Shown here one piece after another: positions 1 to 13,530 of a stretch of 64,000 nt of DNA. This DNA comes from Octopus sinensis (lineage: Eukaryota). The position numbers and the translations under genes are program-made. The DNA is taken from assembly GCF_006345805.1 (NCBI RefSeq), contig NC_043020.1:2046001-2110000 (forward strand), in the 5' to 3' direction. Below the pieces are notes generated by a model. The model made no database searches. It saw only the letters and a list, made by a program, of their open reading frames with translations, and was not told the origin of the DNA. The first letter of the stretch is position 1; every line of letters begins with the position of its first letter.

Positions 1-223
1 TGTTTGTCTCCCCTTCGTATGTGTATATAAGGACACAGGATAAAATGTGTCGAGCTGTCAGGAGGCGTTCGATGCCTCCTAGGGCTATATAACGGTGGTG
101 TACCCCCTACTGTCACGTTCTTGTTAGATTGACAGTATACAACCATTATATATATATATGACTGCGTCTATATGACTAAATGACTGCACGTACAATCACA
201 CGCAGGACCACCCTCTCAATCGA

Positions 224-263
<40 letters not shown>

Positions 264-723
264 AACACACACACACATATATATATTAGCTTATATAGTC
301 GAAGATACATTTACATAAGTATGTTATTCTATTAAGAATGTCTCTCTATATCTGTTGTGAGTATTTAATTAGATTTCATGACTGTTTATTGAAATATATT
401 GCTGTCCAGAGATATCACATACACTTAAAAGAAATATTACAAAATGATATTGGTTATTCCACCGACTACGTATCTTCGATATGACCTAAGATCTTCATCT
501 CAGTTCATCTTTTCACTCTCATCCTCACACTTTCTCTATCTCACTCTCTCCCATTTTCGCTCTCTGTCTCTCTCGCCTCTCTCCTCTCTCTTTCATATAT
601 ATATATATACAGACATATATAGACAGATATAGTATCAACATACACACATATACAAACATATATATACATATGTGTGTGTAAACAGACAAGACCATTGAAC
701 TCGTAATATAAATATTTATGCAA

Positions 724-955
724 GGTGGCGATCTGGCAGAAACGTTAGCACGCCGGGCGAAATGCGTAGCCGTATTTCGTCTGCCGTTACGTTCTGAGTT
801 CAAATTCCGCCGTGGTCGACTTTGCCTTTCATCCTTTCGGGGTCGATAAATTAAGTACCAGTTACACACTGGGGTCGATGTAATCGACTAAATCCCTTTG
901 TCTGTCCTTGTTTGTCCCTTCTTTGTTTAACCCCTTGTGGGCAGTAAAGAAACAA
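724..955 (+). mobile_element. tRNA-headed SINE, family A (full-length copy)
   Basis: Head GGTGGCGATCTGGCAGAAACGTTAGC with B-box-like GAGTTCAAATTCC, central GACTTTGCCTTTCATCCTTTCGGGGTCGATAAATTAAGTACCAG, tail CCCCTTGTGGGCAGTAAAGAAA. Near-identical copies at 2803, 51307 and (minus) 19790, 49430, 49605. Confidence 0.85.
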
Positions 956-1150
956 GAAACGTTAGCAAGCTGGGCGAAAAACGTATCGGTATTTCGTCAG
1001 TCTTTACGTTCTGAGTTCAAATTCCGCCGTGGTCGACTTTACGTTTAATTCTTTCGGAGACGATAAATTAACTACCAGCAGCGTACTGGGGTCGATCTAA
1101 TCGACTGGATCCCTCACTGAAAAATGTCGGGCCTTGTGCCTAGAGTAGAA
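956..1150 (+). mobile_element. SINE family A, 5'-truncated copy with alternative short tail
   Basis: Repeats the family A body directly after the previous copy. Ends in GGGCCTTGTGCCTAGAGTAGAAAA, a tail variant also seen near 19620 (minus) and 23740. Confidence 0.75.
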
Positions 1151-1728
1151 AAAAAGAATATAAATATTTATGCTTAAGTGTGTATCTATATATGTACGTA
1201 ATTATGTATGTATATATATATATGTGTGTGTATGTATGTATGTACGTACGTACATATGTATTATGTATTATGTACTGATGTATTATGTTCAGAAGAATAA
1301 AGAGAACATTTTAGAAATGAACTTCGCAATACACACACACGTATATATGTATAATGTATAAGGAAAGGAAAACTTATATAGGTGTAGACAATCTTTAATG
1401 CAAATCCAAGTTGGTCCAAATCCAATATAAATTCTACAAATTGTTTTGGAGTCTAATTAATTCCAAAGAAAAGAAAATACTTTTCTTGAAATAAAAATTT
1501 GATTCTTCGTCAGGAATTACATATGGTATGAATAATATCGACCAACAAAATATACCAACTTGGATTTCAATTAAATATCGTCTACATATATTTTCCCTTT
1601 CCTTATACTTTATATATTGATTTTGAAATTACTGAATATATATATATTTTATATATAGTCTTTGCTTTGATTGTAACGGTGGAATTGGATGTTTGACATC
1701 CCTTTGAAGGATTTTGATCCTCAACTCT

Positions 1729-1762
<34 letters not shown>

Positions 1763-1989
1763 ACCATCCTCCGCACACCCACACACCATCATCCACACAC
1801 CCACACATTACAGATGCACACACCTACATGCGCACACATCCACACGTCAAAGTCAGTAGCCCCTATCCACACGCACACACTTAAACACTCTCGCATACAC
1901 ACACGCACTCGCACCTTCGTTTTGGTATCACCAGTACTTTATTATCGCCCCTTCTTCCAACTACCTTTTTTCAACCTGTCACCATGACT

Positions 1990-2175
1990 GACCGCAAAAT
2001 CCACAAGTTTTTTTTTTATTCCCTCTCTGTTTATTTCCTCGTATTCCTTTCTGTTGAAGAGCGAAGGCTTGAAACATAAAAGACTTTCTCACCTTCCCGA
2101 GCGTCAAACTAATACACCTGTTTGTTGTTTATACACCTGTCTTCGTCTTTTGTCTTCTGTAAATGTCGACTACAT
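1990..2175 (+). mobile_element. Penelope-like terminal-repeat remnant with degenerate minimal hammerhead motif
   Basis: CTTT-CTGTTGA-A-GAGC-GAAG-GCTT-GAAAC-ATA-AAAG at 2047-2082. Related segments at 27590-27945 and 60440-60620. Confidence 0.5.
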
Positions 2176-2334
2176 ATATATACCCACATATGTTGTTTTA
2201 TTGTACCTGTGTTTGTTAGCTGAGTCCATAAGAGAATGTTCTTGTGTATATACGCGCGTGTGTGTTCGCTGAACATGTTGGTTCGTTGGATGTTTAATTG
2301 GCTGGCTAGTTAGTTAGTTAGTTGGTTGGCTGGT

Positions 2335-2391
<57 letters not shown>

Positions 2392-2802
2392 TGTTGGTTG
2401 TTTGGTTGTTTCTTTCGTTCTAGGTTTGGTTGTGGGCGAAAGAGATTATCACGAATGTGATTCAGTTTGATGTTAAGTCGTTCTTACTGTCTTAGTAATC
2501 AAGTGATTAGAGTAGGAGTGAAATGAATGTAAGCACACATATTAATAACGTAGTGGTTGGCTTGTCTTTACGACAGGCAGACAGGCAGACAGGTAGACAG
2601 ACAGACAGCCAGAGAAGTCATTATTGCTGCGATCCGTCACGTACTTGTTGACGATGTCTTACTAGAGATTAGGAGCCTCGCTTTCATTCTAATGAAGTAA
2701 TTATATTAACATCAATCAGTTCTGTGTCACCGCCGCCGTGTGTCGAGTGCTTCGTATTAAACTAATGTTATATCTATAATGTTATATTTGACACACAGAC
2801 AG

Positions 2803-3032
2803 ACGGCGAACTGGCAGAAACGTTAGCGCGCTGGGCGAAATGCTTGGCAGTATTTCGTCCGTAGTTACGTTCTGAGTTCAATTTCCGCCGAGCTCGACTT
2901 TGCATTTCATCCTTTCGGAGTCGATAAATAAAGTACCAGTTTCGCACTGGGGTCGATGTAATCGGCTTAATCCCTTTGTCCGTCCTTGTTTGTCCCCTCT
3001 ATGTTTAACCCCTTGTGGGCAATAAAGAAATA
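2803..3032 (+). mobile_element. SINE family A (full-length copy)
   Basis: Colinear with 724-955 from head to CCCCTTGTGGGCAATAAAGAAA. Confidence 0.85.
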
Positions 3033-3519
3033 TATATTTAACACACAGTCACGTCAAATAAGCTTAAATGACACTTTCTGATGTACGTTATAGGTTTCTT
3101 TTTTTTCTAATTCTCGTATCTAGACTCTTCTACATTCGTACATTATATACATCTACCATTTTTATTAATGAGTTGTTCTTATATTTGTACCTATATTTCA
3201 AAGTACAAACTTGTACTTATATTTCAAAGGGTCAGCCTTGTCACATTCTTATACATTTATCACATTTATTAATGAGTTGTACTTATAGTTGTACTTATAT
3301 TTCAAAGTACAAACTTGTACTTATATTTCAAAGGGTCGGCTTTGTATATATATATTAAAGGGTCGGCCTTATATATATATATTAAAGGATATATTAACCT
3401 CTTAAAGGGATTAATACATCCAAGAAAACACTGGTTCTTTGGAAAATAAGATGAAACAGCTGTAGGAAGAAATGATGGTACAACTTAAATACAGAGGTCC
3501 CAATGCACCTACGTAATAC

Positions 3520-3623
3520 TAACCCTAAGCCCTAACCCTTACTCTAATCCTAAAACTAACACTAAACCCTAAACTTTTAAACTAACCCTAGCCCTGAAAC
3601 TAGCCCTAACTTTAACCCTAACC
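3520..3623 (+). repeat. Degenerate telomere-like (CCCTAA)n interstitial array
   Basis: TAACCCTAAGCCCTAACCC...TTTAACCCTAACC with many variant hexamers. Confidence 0.7.
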
Positions 3624-3794
3624 ATTGTACACTGTAAAGACATCGTTACGTCGATGCATCATGTCCTCTGTTTTTAACTAGTGCCGAAATGATTATCTAT
3701 TTATTAATAAATAAATATTAACCACTAACTCTCCATTTTCTCCTCTCAATTTAATATGAATTATAGATTTATGCAAATGTATATATACGTGTGT

Positions 3795-4172
3795 GGAGGC
3801 GCAATGGCCCAGTGGTTAGGGCAGCGGACTCGCGGTCATAGGATCGGGGTTTCGATTCCCAGACGGGGCGTTGTGAGTGTTTATTGAGCGAAAACACCTA
3901 AAAGTTCCACGAGGCTCCGGCAGGGGATGGTGGTGATCCCTGCTGTACTCTTTCACCACAACTTTCTCTCACTCTTACTTCCTGTTTCTGTTGTACCTGT
4001 ATTTCAAAGGACCGGCCTTGTCACACTCTGTCACGCTGAATATCCCCGAGAACTACGTTAAGGGTACACGTGTCTATGGAGTGCTCAGCCACTTACACGT
4101 TAATTTCACGAGCAGGCTGTTCCGTTGATTCGGATCAACCGGAACCCTCGTCGTCGTAACCGACGGAGTGCT
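3795..4172 (+). mobile_element. tRNA-headed SINE, family C (tail variant 1)
   Basis: A-box TGGCCCAGTGG, B-box-like GGTTTCGATTCCC, body GAGCGAAAACACCTAAA...CTTTCTCTCACTCTT, tail ending GTCGTCGTAACCGACGGAGTGC. The same tail occurs reversed at about 8765-8830 and 51680-51810. Confidence 0.85.
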
Positions 4173-6480
4173 TCTTAATATATACGTGTCTGTATAACAA
4201 TTTGCATACACATATAGATACGTGATTATATATATATATGCATGTGAATATCAATCTATATATGCATGTATCTTAGTTATGTACATGTAATACATCAAAC
4301 CTTCTCTTTCCCTCCATCATAGATACAATTATGAAATACATACATACTTACACAAGCACACACACACACACAAGCACGTTCATATACTGTATTTGCATAC
4401 TTAAACACAAATGCACACATATGTACTTACATACAGTTTTGCATTCACGTTTACGTAATAGTTACACATAAAATAAATTTGAAAAATCTCGACAAATGTT
4501 ATATTAACATCTAACCAATACATTTTGAACAATTTTATTAGGGAATCATCAAATCTGACATCGCGTATTGTTTGGTGACAACCTAAAAGATGTTGCCTTG
4601 TCAAAAGTGCTCTTCATCCTTTCGATACATTTCTTATCATACATATTCACAAAGGGCAGAGTTTATAGAAATGGTTAATCAGAACCTAGAACTGTAATCT
4701 CAATTTTCTTTCAAGAGGATTCGAAGTTGTATGGGCCTTTGTGTAAACCACATCAAAAAACAGTTAAACTCTTTATTCTACAATATTCTCCAGGCTTTGG
4801 ATTGAAATTTGGTGATTCCAAATGGATATTTTTTTTTTTTTGCTGTGCTCTATCAAAGAAGGAAAATAATTTAAACATGGATGGTTTGATGAGATAGTCT
4901 TTACATCTGAGATGGCCAAGATGAGAGTGTCAAGCATGAGACTAGCAAGGAGAGAACAAGAATAATGAAATATGGTAATCCCAATCGTCAAACTACAACA
5001 ATCGTATCACACACAACACATGAGTTGTATCTACCCTCACAACTACATTTGGTGTAATAAATTAGTCTCTGCAAGAATTTAGTGAGGTCGATGTAAGAAT
5101 TCGAGAACTGCTCAGTGTTCCTGAAAATTTAAACATCATTAGGGATATATACAGATTGTATTTTCTGTGTGAGAGCAACCGAATCCTTAAATCTACTAAA
5201 CGGCATATAAGATCCGGGTTGTAACACTGAAGAAATTTCTCTGGCAGCCATCTTGCACCAGTCTGTGGCTACGAAAATAAATAGCTCAGATTAGCAAATG
5301 AACTTGAGGGTAGACATGCGAGAATATAAGTTGACCGGAATCTCTTTCAAGGCAGCATTGTAAAACCTTGCTTACCACTACTACAAATGAAAAAAAAGAC
5401 CATTTCGCTGAGAAAATTGTATGTGGTACGATTTCAGAGCCATTTTAAAGAAAATTATCCTAGGGTACTTGAAAGGAAAAAAAGGAAACAGACCATAACA
5501 AGGATAAATAATTAAAACCCTATTATTTCCTACTGACAAGTTTATAGCTACTCATTGTGCAATTTTGGCGGTCTTAAACAGTAGTCAAGCCATATTTATA
5601 GGACCAAGAGGCAGAGTCTTTATACACAACATTCTTAAGAGATGCAAAAACGTAATCTGGTCAGAATAAGTTTTCATATTTGATTAGTCTATTGCCTATC
5701 GATGAATCGATGATTGGTTGATCCGGAGACAAATATGAATATAGATATCTATAAACTGCTTATTCAATATTATTTGAATTCATCAGAAAAATATTTTGAG
5801 CATAGTATTTCAAGATTTTGTTTTTCTCTAACAATATTCTACTTGTACGACTTTTGTTTAACAATTTCGTAATTTGAATAATTTTTATCCCCTTTCAGAC
5901 GTGTGGCGATTGAGATCCAAGCGAAAAAAATTAACCAAATTCTGTAAAAAAAACTTCATCTTATATTAGTAGTAGACTTATTACTATTCGCTATAGGGAC
6001 TGGTAACCACTATAAGCTGTAGTGGGGAACAGTTCACACGTGTGCTGAGGATGACCAAAGGATTTTATTTTTAGATATATCTGGGGTACTTATATGTACT
6101 CATGATTTTTGCTTCAGCTTTTTTCCATGGGTGCATGTAAGTATCTTATTTATATCTTTTCGTATTTTCTACTGAAGAGGAAAAAATCTATTATGAGATT
6201 AATTCCAAAATTGATTCAATATAGAAATAACGAACTTTTTAAAGAAATTCTATCGGCCAGCTTCCCTCGATTTCAGCTCTTCGTGTTTTTCTGTAGCGAG
6301 TAAATAATATGTGGAAATTGACGATTTAATAGTCTGTTATCAGCATATTGGTATAGAAATAATTGTCTTTAGCCCTTATTTATAATTATTTATAATTTTA
6401 ACCTTAAAGGTATTTTAATATGCTGCCACATTTTTTGATGGAATTCTTTTTCTGTAAAAAAACTTCATCCTATTTTAGTA

Positions 6481-6533
<53 letters not shown>

Positions 6534-6541
6534 GTGTGTGT

Positions 6542-6850
6542 GGAGGCGCAATGGCCCAGTGGTTCGGGCAGCGGACTCGTGGTCGGCGGATCGCGGTTTC
6601 GATTCCCAGACCAGGCGTTGTGAGTGTTTATTGATCGAAAACACCTAAAGCTCCACGAGGCTCCGGCAGGGGGTGGTGGCGATCCCTGCTGTACTCTTTC
6701 GCCACAACTTTCTCTCACTCTTTCTTCTGTTGGCCTGCTCGCTTAGCCAGCGGGGTGGCGTCATTTGAAGGCTAAAAACAATGCGACGCATTGTGACCAG
6801 TGATGTGTAACAACATCTGATGGCTTGGTCAGTCACGGTGATCACGGTGA
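6542..6850 (+). mobile_element. SINE family C (tail variant 2)
   Basis: Head and body match 3795-3975, then diverge into CTGTTGGCCTGCTCGCTTAGCC...TCACGGTGATCACGGTGA. Confidence 0.85.
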
Positions 6851-6866
6851 TATATATATATATATA

Positions 6867-6915
<49 letters not shown>

Positions 6916-7209
6916 TGTGTGTGTGTCGTAGGTCCAAAATGTTATAGCATTGCAGAATTGATTCTCGACATACTGAAAGTTTTTAGATTTTCAGAATGAA
7001 ATACCTTTAACTGATGCTTCATATCCCACACTTAGAAAGATCCTCATTTAGTAATCAAAGTCAGGAAATATCTACTAAATGATTGATGAATAAAAATTCC
7101 CTCACATATTTACAAAGTTTTCAACCCTTTTAACAAAGTGGAGAAATGCTTTCTCGCTTGTTCTGTAACATGCTTGCATTCTGCGAAAAGAAACAAATCT
7201 CAAACCATA

Positions 7210-7286
7210 CACGTACATACATACATACATACATACATGTGTACATACCTACATACATATATATGTGTTTCTGTATATATATATAT

Positions 7287-7378
<92 letters not shown>

Positions 7379-7446
7379 GTATATATATATGTATATATAC
7401 ATACATATATAAACATACATATACACACATATATATAGATATAGAC

Positions 7447-7511
<65 letters not shown>

Positions 7512-7520
7512 CATATATAT

Positions 7521-7572
<52 letters not shown>

Positions 7573-7620
7573 CTACATATAAATACATAAACATATCCGT
7601 ATGCAAGTATGTAAATTTGC

Positions 7621-7674
<54 letters not shown>

Positions 7675-7675
7675 A
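7210..7675. repeat. Compound (TA)n/(CA)n/(TACA)n microsatellite
   Basis: Direct inspection; source of the YIYI ORFs. Confidence 0.95.
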
Positions 7676-7914
7676 TTCACAGACATTTTCTGAGAATATT
7701 TCACAGAAATGGTTTCGCACACCATTTGTCGTTTGGCAATGCTGGAACTCTGACCGGAAATTATTTCCGCCAGACTTGGTGAATCCTTATATATGTTAGG
7801 ACCATTATTTAGGACCATTATGTTCTTAATTTCATCAATTCTTCATCGCAATTCTATTCTCAGACTGATTGCTTCTTTAACCTTTCTTCGCAGATCCTAA
7901 TAAGTAAGATATAT

Positions 7915-8087
7915 TATTGTGTGTGTGTATGTATGTGAACACATGTTGTTATGTTTGCACAACTCTTTAATTTCCAAGTATGTCTACATATGTATGTGTA
8001 TATGTGTGTGTATATGTCTTTGTACATACATACATAGTATGCATGTATGTTTGTATTTGTACACACACACACACATACACACATATG

Positions 8088-8119
<32 letters not shown>

Positions 8120-8255
8120 TGTGTGTGTGTGTGTGCGTGTGTATAACAGAGACAAATAGACAGAGTACGTATACATACATATATATATATATATAAATAT
8201 GTACATATATATATATATATACATATATATAATATATATATATATTTATGTATAG

Positions 8256-8302
<47 letters not shown>

Positions 8303-8425
8303 ATACATACATATAATATTTATGTATCATATATATATATATACATATATATATAAATATGCATACATTCACATATGGTCATATATGTATATATATATAT
8401 TATATATATATATAGATATATATAT

Positions 8426-8478
<53 letters not shown>
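7915..8478. repeat. Compound (TA)n microsatellite
   Basis: Direct inspection. Confidence 0.95.
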
Positions 8479-8764
8479 CTTGCACTCTGCCTAACGTTAC
8501 TTTAATTTCCACCTCTCCATTTCCGTCAAAGACAATGCAATAGAACAATTTAATGACATTGACTTGAAAGTCTGCTGTTTTTAAATCATTGCGGAATTAC
8601 TTTCAGACCTGCTAGAATTCTAAAAATGGCCCCTTTTAATCACCAGTTTTGAGCACAAGATTGCTATATATATATATAGTCTATACCCTGAAATATATTT
8701 GAATCAGACACACCAAATACACACACACACGCAAACGCACGCACACACACAGCTAAAACAGAAA

Positions 8765-8930
8765 TTCAGTCGGTCACGACGACGAGGGTTCCAGATGCTC
8801 CGAGTGTGACAAGGCCGGCCCTTTGAAATGCCGGTACAACTCATTTTTGCCAGATGGGTGGACTGCTGCAACGTGCAATGAAGTGTCTCGCTCAGGGACA
8901 TAACGGGCCGTTAAGGATTGAACTCCATTG
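8765..8930 (-). mobile_element. SINE 3' fragment (family C tail 1 joined to family D-like core)
   Basis: Reverse complement of GTACC..TATTTCAAAGGGCCGGCCTTGTCAC and of the CCAGTCCACCCA core. Confidence 0.65.
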
Positions 8931-9067
8931 ATAAGCCACGAAAATAGCGAAGCGTCCATGTTCATCGCTCCTAAATGGGACTTTGAGGCGAGCTGTCTCG
9001 CCTGTCGGAATGCTCAATTGAAACAGAACTATAATTCAATTCTATATTTAAGAGACGAGGAATTATG

Positions 9068-9662
<595 letters not shown>

Positions 9663-10748
9663 GAATTCTAATCGTCACGTATGTATCATTAAATGTATAC
9701 AAACAGCTCGAAGGCATGATGTTGTGGAATTATCTGAAATAAGATCTCTTTGTAGTGAGAGAAATGAAGAGATTATGGTACGTGAGTGTAAAAATGGTTC
9801 CTGTGGTAACATTTACGCATTTGACTAGATATATCTCTGTCTCAGTATATAATCTTTTTATAGTTCACTTCTCTCAATCTATAAGATATGTTAGCTATAA
9901 CTTGTTTATCTATATATCTACCTGTGTCACTACGAATTATTTTCTAGCTGCTTTTTTTTATGCTATCTACATAAAATATTTCAATACTAAATTACATGTC
10001 CGTCTGACTCAACAAGTAATATTTTTTTTAGTTTGCTTTTAAATGCTTCATGTACTAAGTATGTTAACACTAACTGAACCATCGTACATCTCTACTCGAC
10101 ATATTCACACTGTATCTAGCAAAGTCGTTATCCAATCTTAGCAAATATTTATTCGTACATTATCTGACATCAAAATACCGTGTTTATCTAGATGACATCT
10201 ATAACTGTGATTATTTGGTCGAGCATTTGATATTTAGCCACATAATGATTTTCGATATTGAAAACATTCACTCAATAAGAATGGTTATACGAAGTAACTA
10301 TTATAGATAAGTACTGTAGCAGTCGCCTTTAAACTATTGTCTCATTCAGAACAGATAGAATACACATACAAGCAGACGATATTATAAATGGCGTCACTGG
10401 AGATGGCTCTATGATTTACGTTTAGAAGTATTTAGGATCCATTAACATTAATATCTGGCTTCAGCTGTGGCTTATAAACTTACATACTATACGACTATTT
10501 GTTGGAATAATTACATGATTATATGATACGGAGTGCTACCAGTTTTTCACTGAGATTTTGGAAACGATTAACTTACTAGCAGTGTGACTTGTAAAGGTAG
10601 TAGTTAGTTGCGAGAGGTCAGCACTCGTAGCTCTGGTCTCGGTTATATAATGGAAGCCATATTTTCTGTTTGAAATGTTATAGATATTTCTACCATAATG
10701 GTGATGAATGGTTCTAGATATTGAAATTGCGAATGCACTTAAAATGTA

Positions 10749-10975
10749 GGCGCATGCGTAGCTGTGTGGTAAGAAGTTTGCTTCCCAAACATATGGTTCT
10801 GGATTCTGTCCCACTGCGTAGCACCTTAGGCAAGTGTCTTCACTAATCTTGGCTCTAGATTCGCTTCAGATGAGCGAAATCTTGGACAAGGATCCTACAG
10901 TGTAACCATGAGTTAACCAACACCTCCTAAGCGGAATTCGTTAGACACAAACTAAGATTTCTGTTGTTTATATGT
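10749..10975 (+). mobile_element. SINE family B, diverged 5' portion
   Basis: GGCGCATGCGTAGCTGTGTGGTAAG...CACCTTAGGCAAGTGTCTTC matches the 23796 copy. Confidence 0.7.
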
Positions 10976-11109
10976 CTGGTCTTGGGTTTACAGTTTGGGA
11001 TGGATTCGTAGAGGCGCCATTTTGATGTAAGGGACACCGGTTGTCTGCATCTATTGTGTATAAGTGTGTGCATGCGTGTGCGTGTAAATGTGTATGCGTG
11101 CATGTGTAA

Positions 11110-11144
<35 letters not shown>

Positions 11145-11363
11145 TGTGCGTATATTTCTTTATTTGGTTTTTTATTAGTTTTTGTTTTTTGCAAAACCTC
11201 TGAATTTTGGCTTCATGGCTATTTCACCTTTTTTTTTCACCAATAGGAGCAAATCTTCATGAAACTAAAATGATGTTAGATAATTTTACGAGTGTATCTT
11301 TGAATACATTCATACGTATATATCTACAAATACACAGAGAGAAATCCTTATGTATGTATGTGA

Positions 11364-11394
<31 letters not shown>

Positions 11395-11527
11395 TGTATG
11401 TATGTATGTATGTATGTATGTATGTATGCCAGTATGTATGTAATTGTATGCTCAAATTTCCATGTGAATGTACCCCTTACGTCTATTAATGTTTGGCTAT
11501 TTTTTTCTGTTTAAATATATTATATAA

Positions 11528-11595
<68 letters not shown>

Positions 11596-12035
11596 TGTGT
11601 GTGTTCAGCCACATAGCGTAGTTTAGCCATTTGGACAATGGCTTTATATTCAAATATTAGTATAAATATAGAAAAAAAAATCTATAAATTACATGATAAC
11701 AAAATAATTGACAATTTAGTGGTGGGGAAAAGTAGTGCCATAACTGAAAGATAATATTACTAGTAAAATATTCTATATACAACAGAATCTAGAAAACATT
11801 ACTTCTATTGTTAACAAATAACGACGCTTATGTTATGACGTTATACAGATTTTTAAACCAATAAATGGAAAAGTTTTGCGATCGTAAAGGGAGAAGTTTC
11901 TAATTCTATACACACACGAGAAGCGATTGATGGAGCTGCTACGTGGTCGATTGATATGCTAGTTATTGCAGCTAAATGTCCTTCAGATCATACAACTGTT
12001 ATTAAGGAATGGTTATTTTGGTTTATGTAGTACTC

Positions 12036-12066
<31 letters not shown>

Positions 12067-12069
12067 TTG

Positions 12070-12330
12070 AGGCGAATCGTAGAATTCATAGCTCCGGCTA
12101 CACGGTTATCCAGTTACCCGGTTACAAGGTTTTCATGGTGCATAAGTGACTGAGAGCATATGTTCTCTAAATAGGGTGCCAGCCCAGAGCGGGGTTATTC
12201 ATAGCCAGCTGAGTGGGCAGGAGCAAACAAAATGAAATGAAGAACAATAACATACCGTCTGATTCGGTAAGCGAAACCACGATTTTGTGACTGTGAGCAC
12301 AGCACTCTAACCACCAGGAAACGCGCCTTT
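12070..12330 (-). mobile_element. SINE family D, diverged copy
   Basis: Reverse tRNA-like head (CTCTAACCAC) and CCAGCTGAGTGG core shared with 24570-24870 and 33480-33800; ends in (TTAC)n. Confidence 0.55.
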
Positions 12331-12638
12331 ACGCAATGGATCTTGAGGGCCAAATTAGACGAAATGTGTTATGTATCTTTGTCGAGCAGGGTGGACCAGG
12401 TGCTAAGCAGCAACAACAAAAACAATAATAACCAATTTGGGTCTCTCAAGAAATAGCAGTTAAATCACCCTAAATTTGTACCCAACTATCTCTATACATA
12501 TGTATCCCCACATCTACCGCCCCTTCCTATTTCCCCTCAACCACACGACCGACTCCTTGTCCCCCAAGCGGTCGATTTCCTGTTCACCACGCGGCATTTT
12601 ATATCGGTGTATGTGCATATATACATGCACACACACGT

Positions 12639-12674
<36 letters not shown>

Positions 12675-12801
12675 ACACACACACACGCATAGGGACACAT
12701 CCTCTGTCTACCAATCATCATCACTCTGGCTGGTTTATTTGGTTCATTTTACTAACCACCAAAGGCTGAAAAGCAATATATATGATTGTGTGTGTGCGCG
12801 T

Positions 12802-12847
<46 letters not shown>

Positions 12848-12964
12848 ATCTGTGTCTATGTAATATATTTAGAAGTAAAGTTAACCGTTTAATCTACAAA
12901 TATACATGCATATATACATATTAATATTTATATATATATATACACACTCGCACACACACAATCA

Positions 12965-13530
12965 CACACATAGACATATATATACACATAACTATATATG
13001 TATATATAAATTTGTATACATATATATACAGACATATATTAATAAACATATATAGTACATGTACGCATATGTAAAAGTATATATATATATATTTATATTT
13101 ATATTTATATACATATATATACACACATAAGCACACATACACACACAAAAACACACATAGACATATATATACACATGCCTATATATTGGTTATATAAGTC
13201 TGTATACATATATATACAGACATATATTAATAAACATATATAGTACATGTACGCATATGTAAAAGTATATATATTTATATTTATATTTATATTTATATAC
13301 ATATATATACACACATAAGCACACATACACACACAAAAACACACATAGACATATATATACACATGCCTATATATTGGTTATATAAGTCTGTATACATATA
13401 TATACAGACATATATTAATAAACATATATAGTACATGTACGCATATGTAAAAGTATATATATTTATATTTATATTTATATACATATATATATATATACAC
13501 ATATGCACACATACGCACACACAAACACAC
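12965..13530. repeat. Three tandem copies of a 188-bp TA-rich unit
   Basis: ACACACATAGACATATATATACACAT...GTACATGTACGCATATGTAAAAGT recurs at 188-bp spacing; the ORF track shows the same offset (13105 and 13293). Confidence 0.85.

Noticed and set aside
3795-3870. tRNA-like sequences (here and at other SINE heads)
   Set aside because: The acceptor stems do not close and each continues into a multi-copy SINE body, so they are SINE heads and not tRNA genes.
5941-6482. About 35-bp direct repeat TCTGTAAAAAAAACTTCATC at 5941 and 6451
   Set aside because: Short, A-rich and imperfect; no element structure could be defined between the copies.
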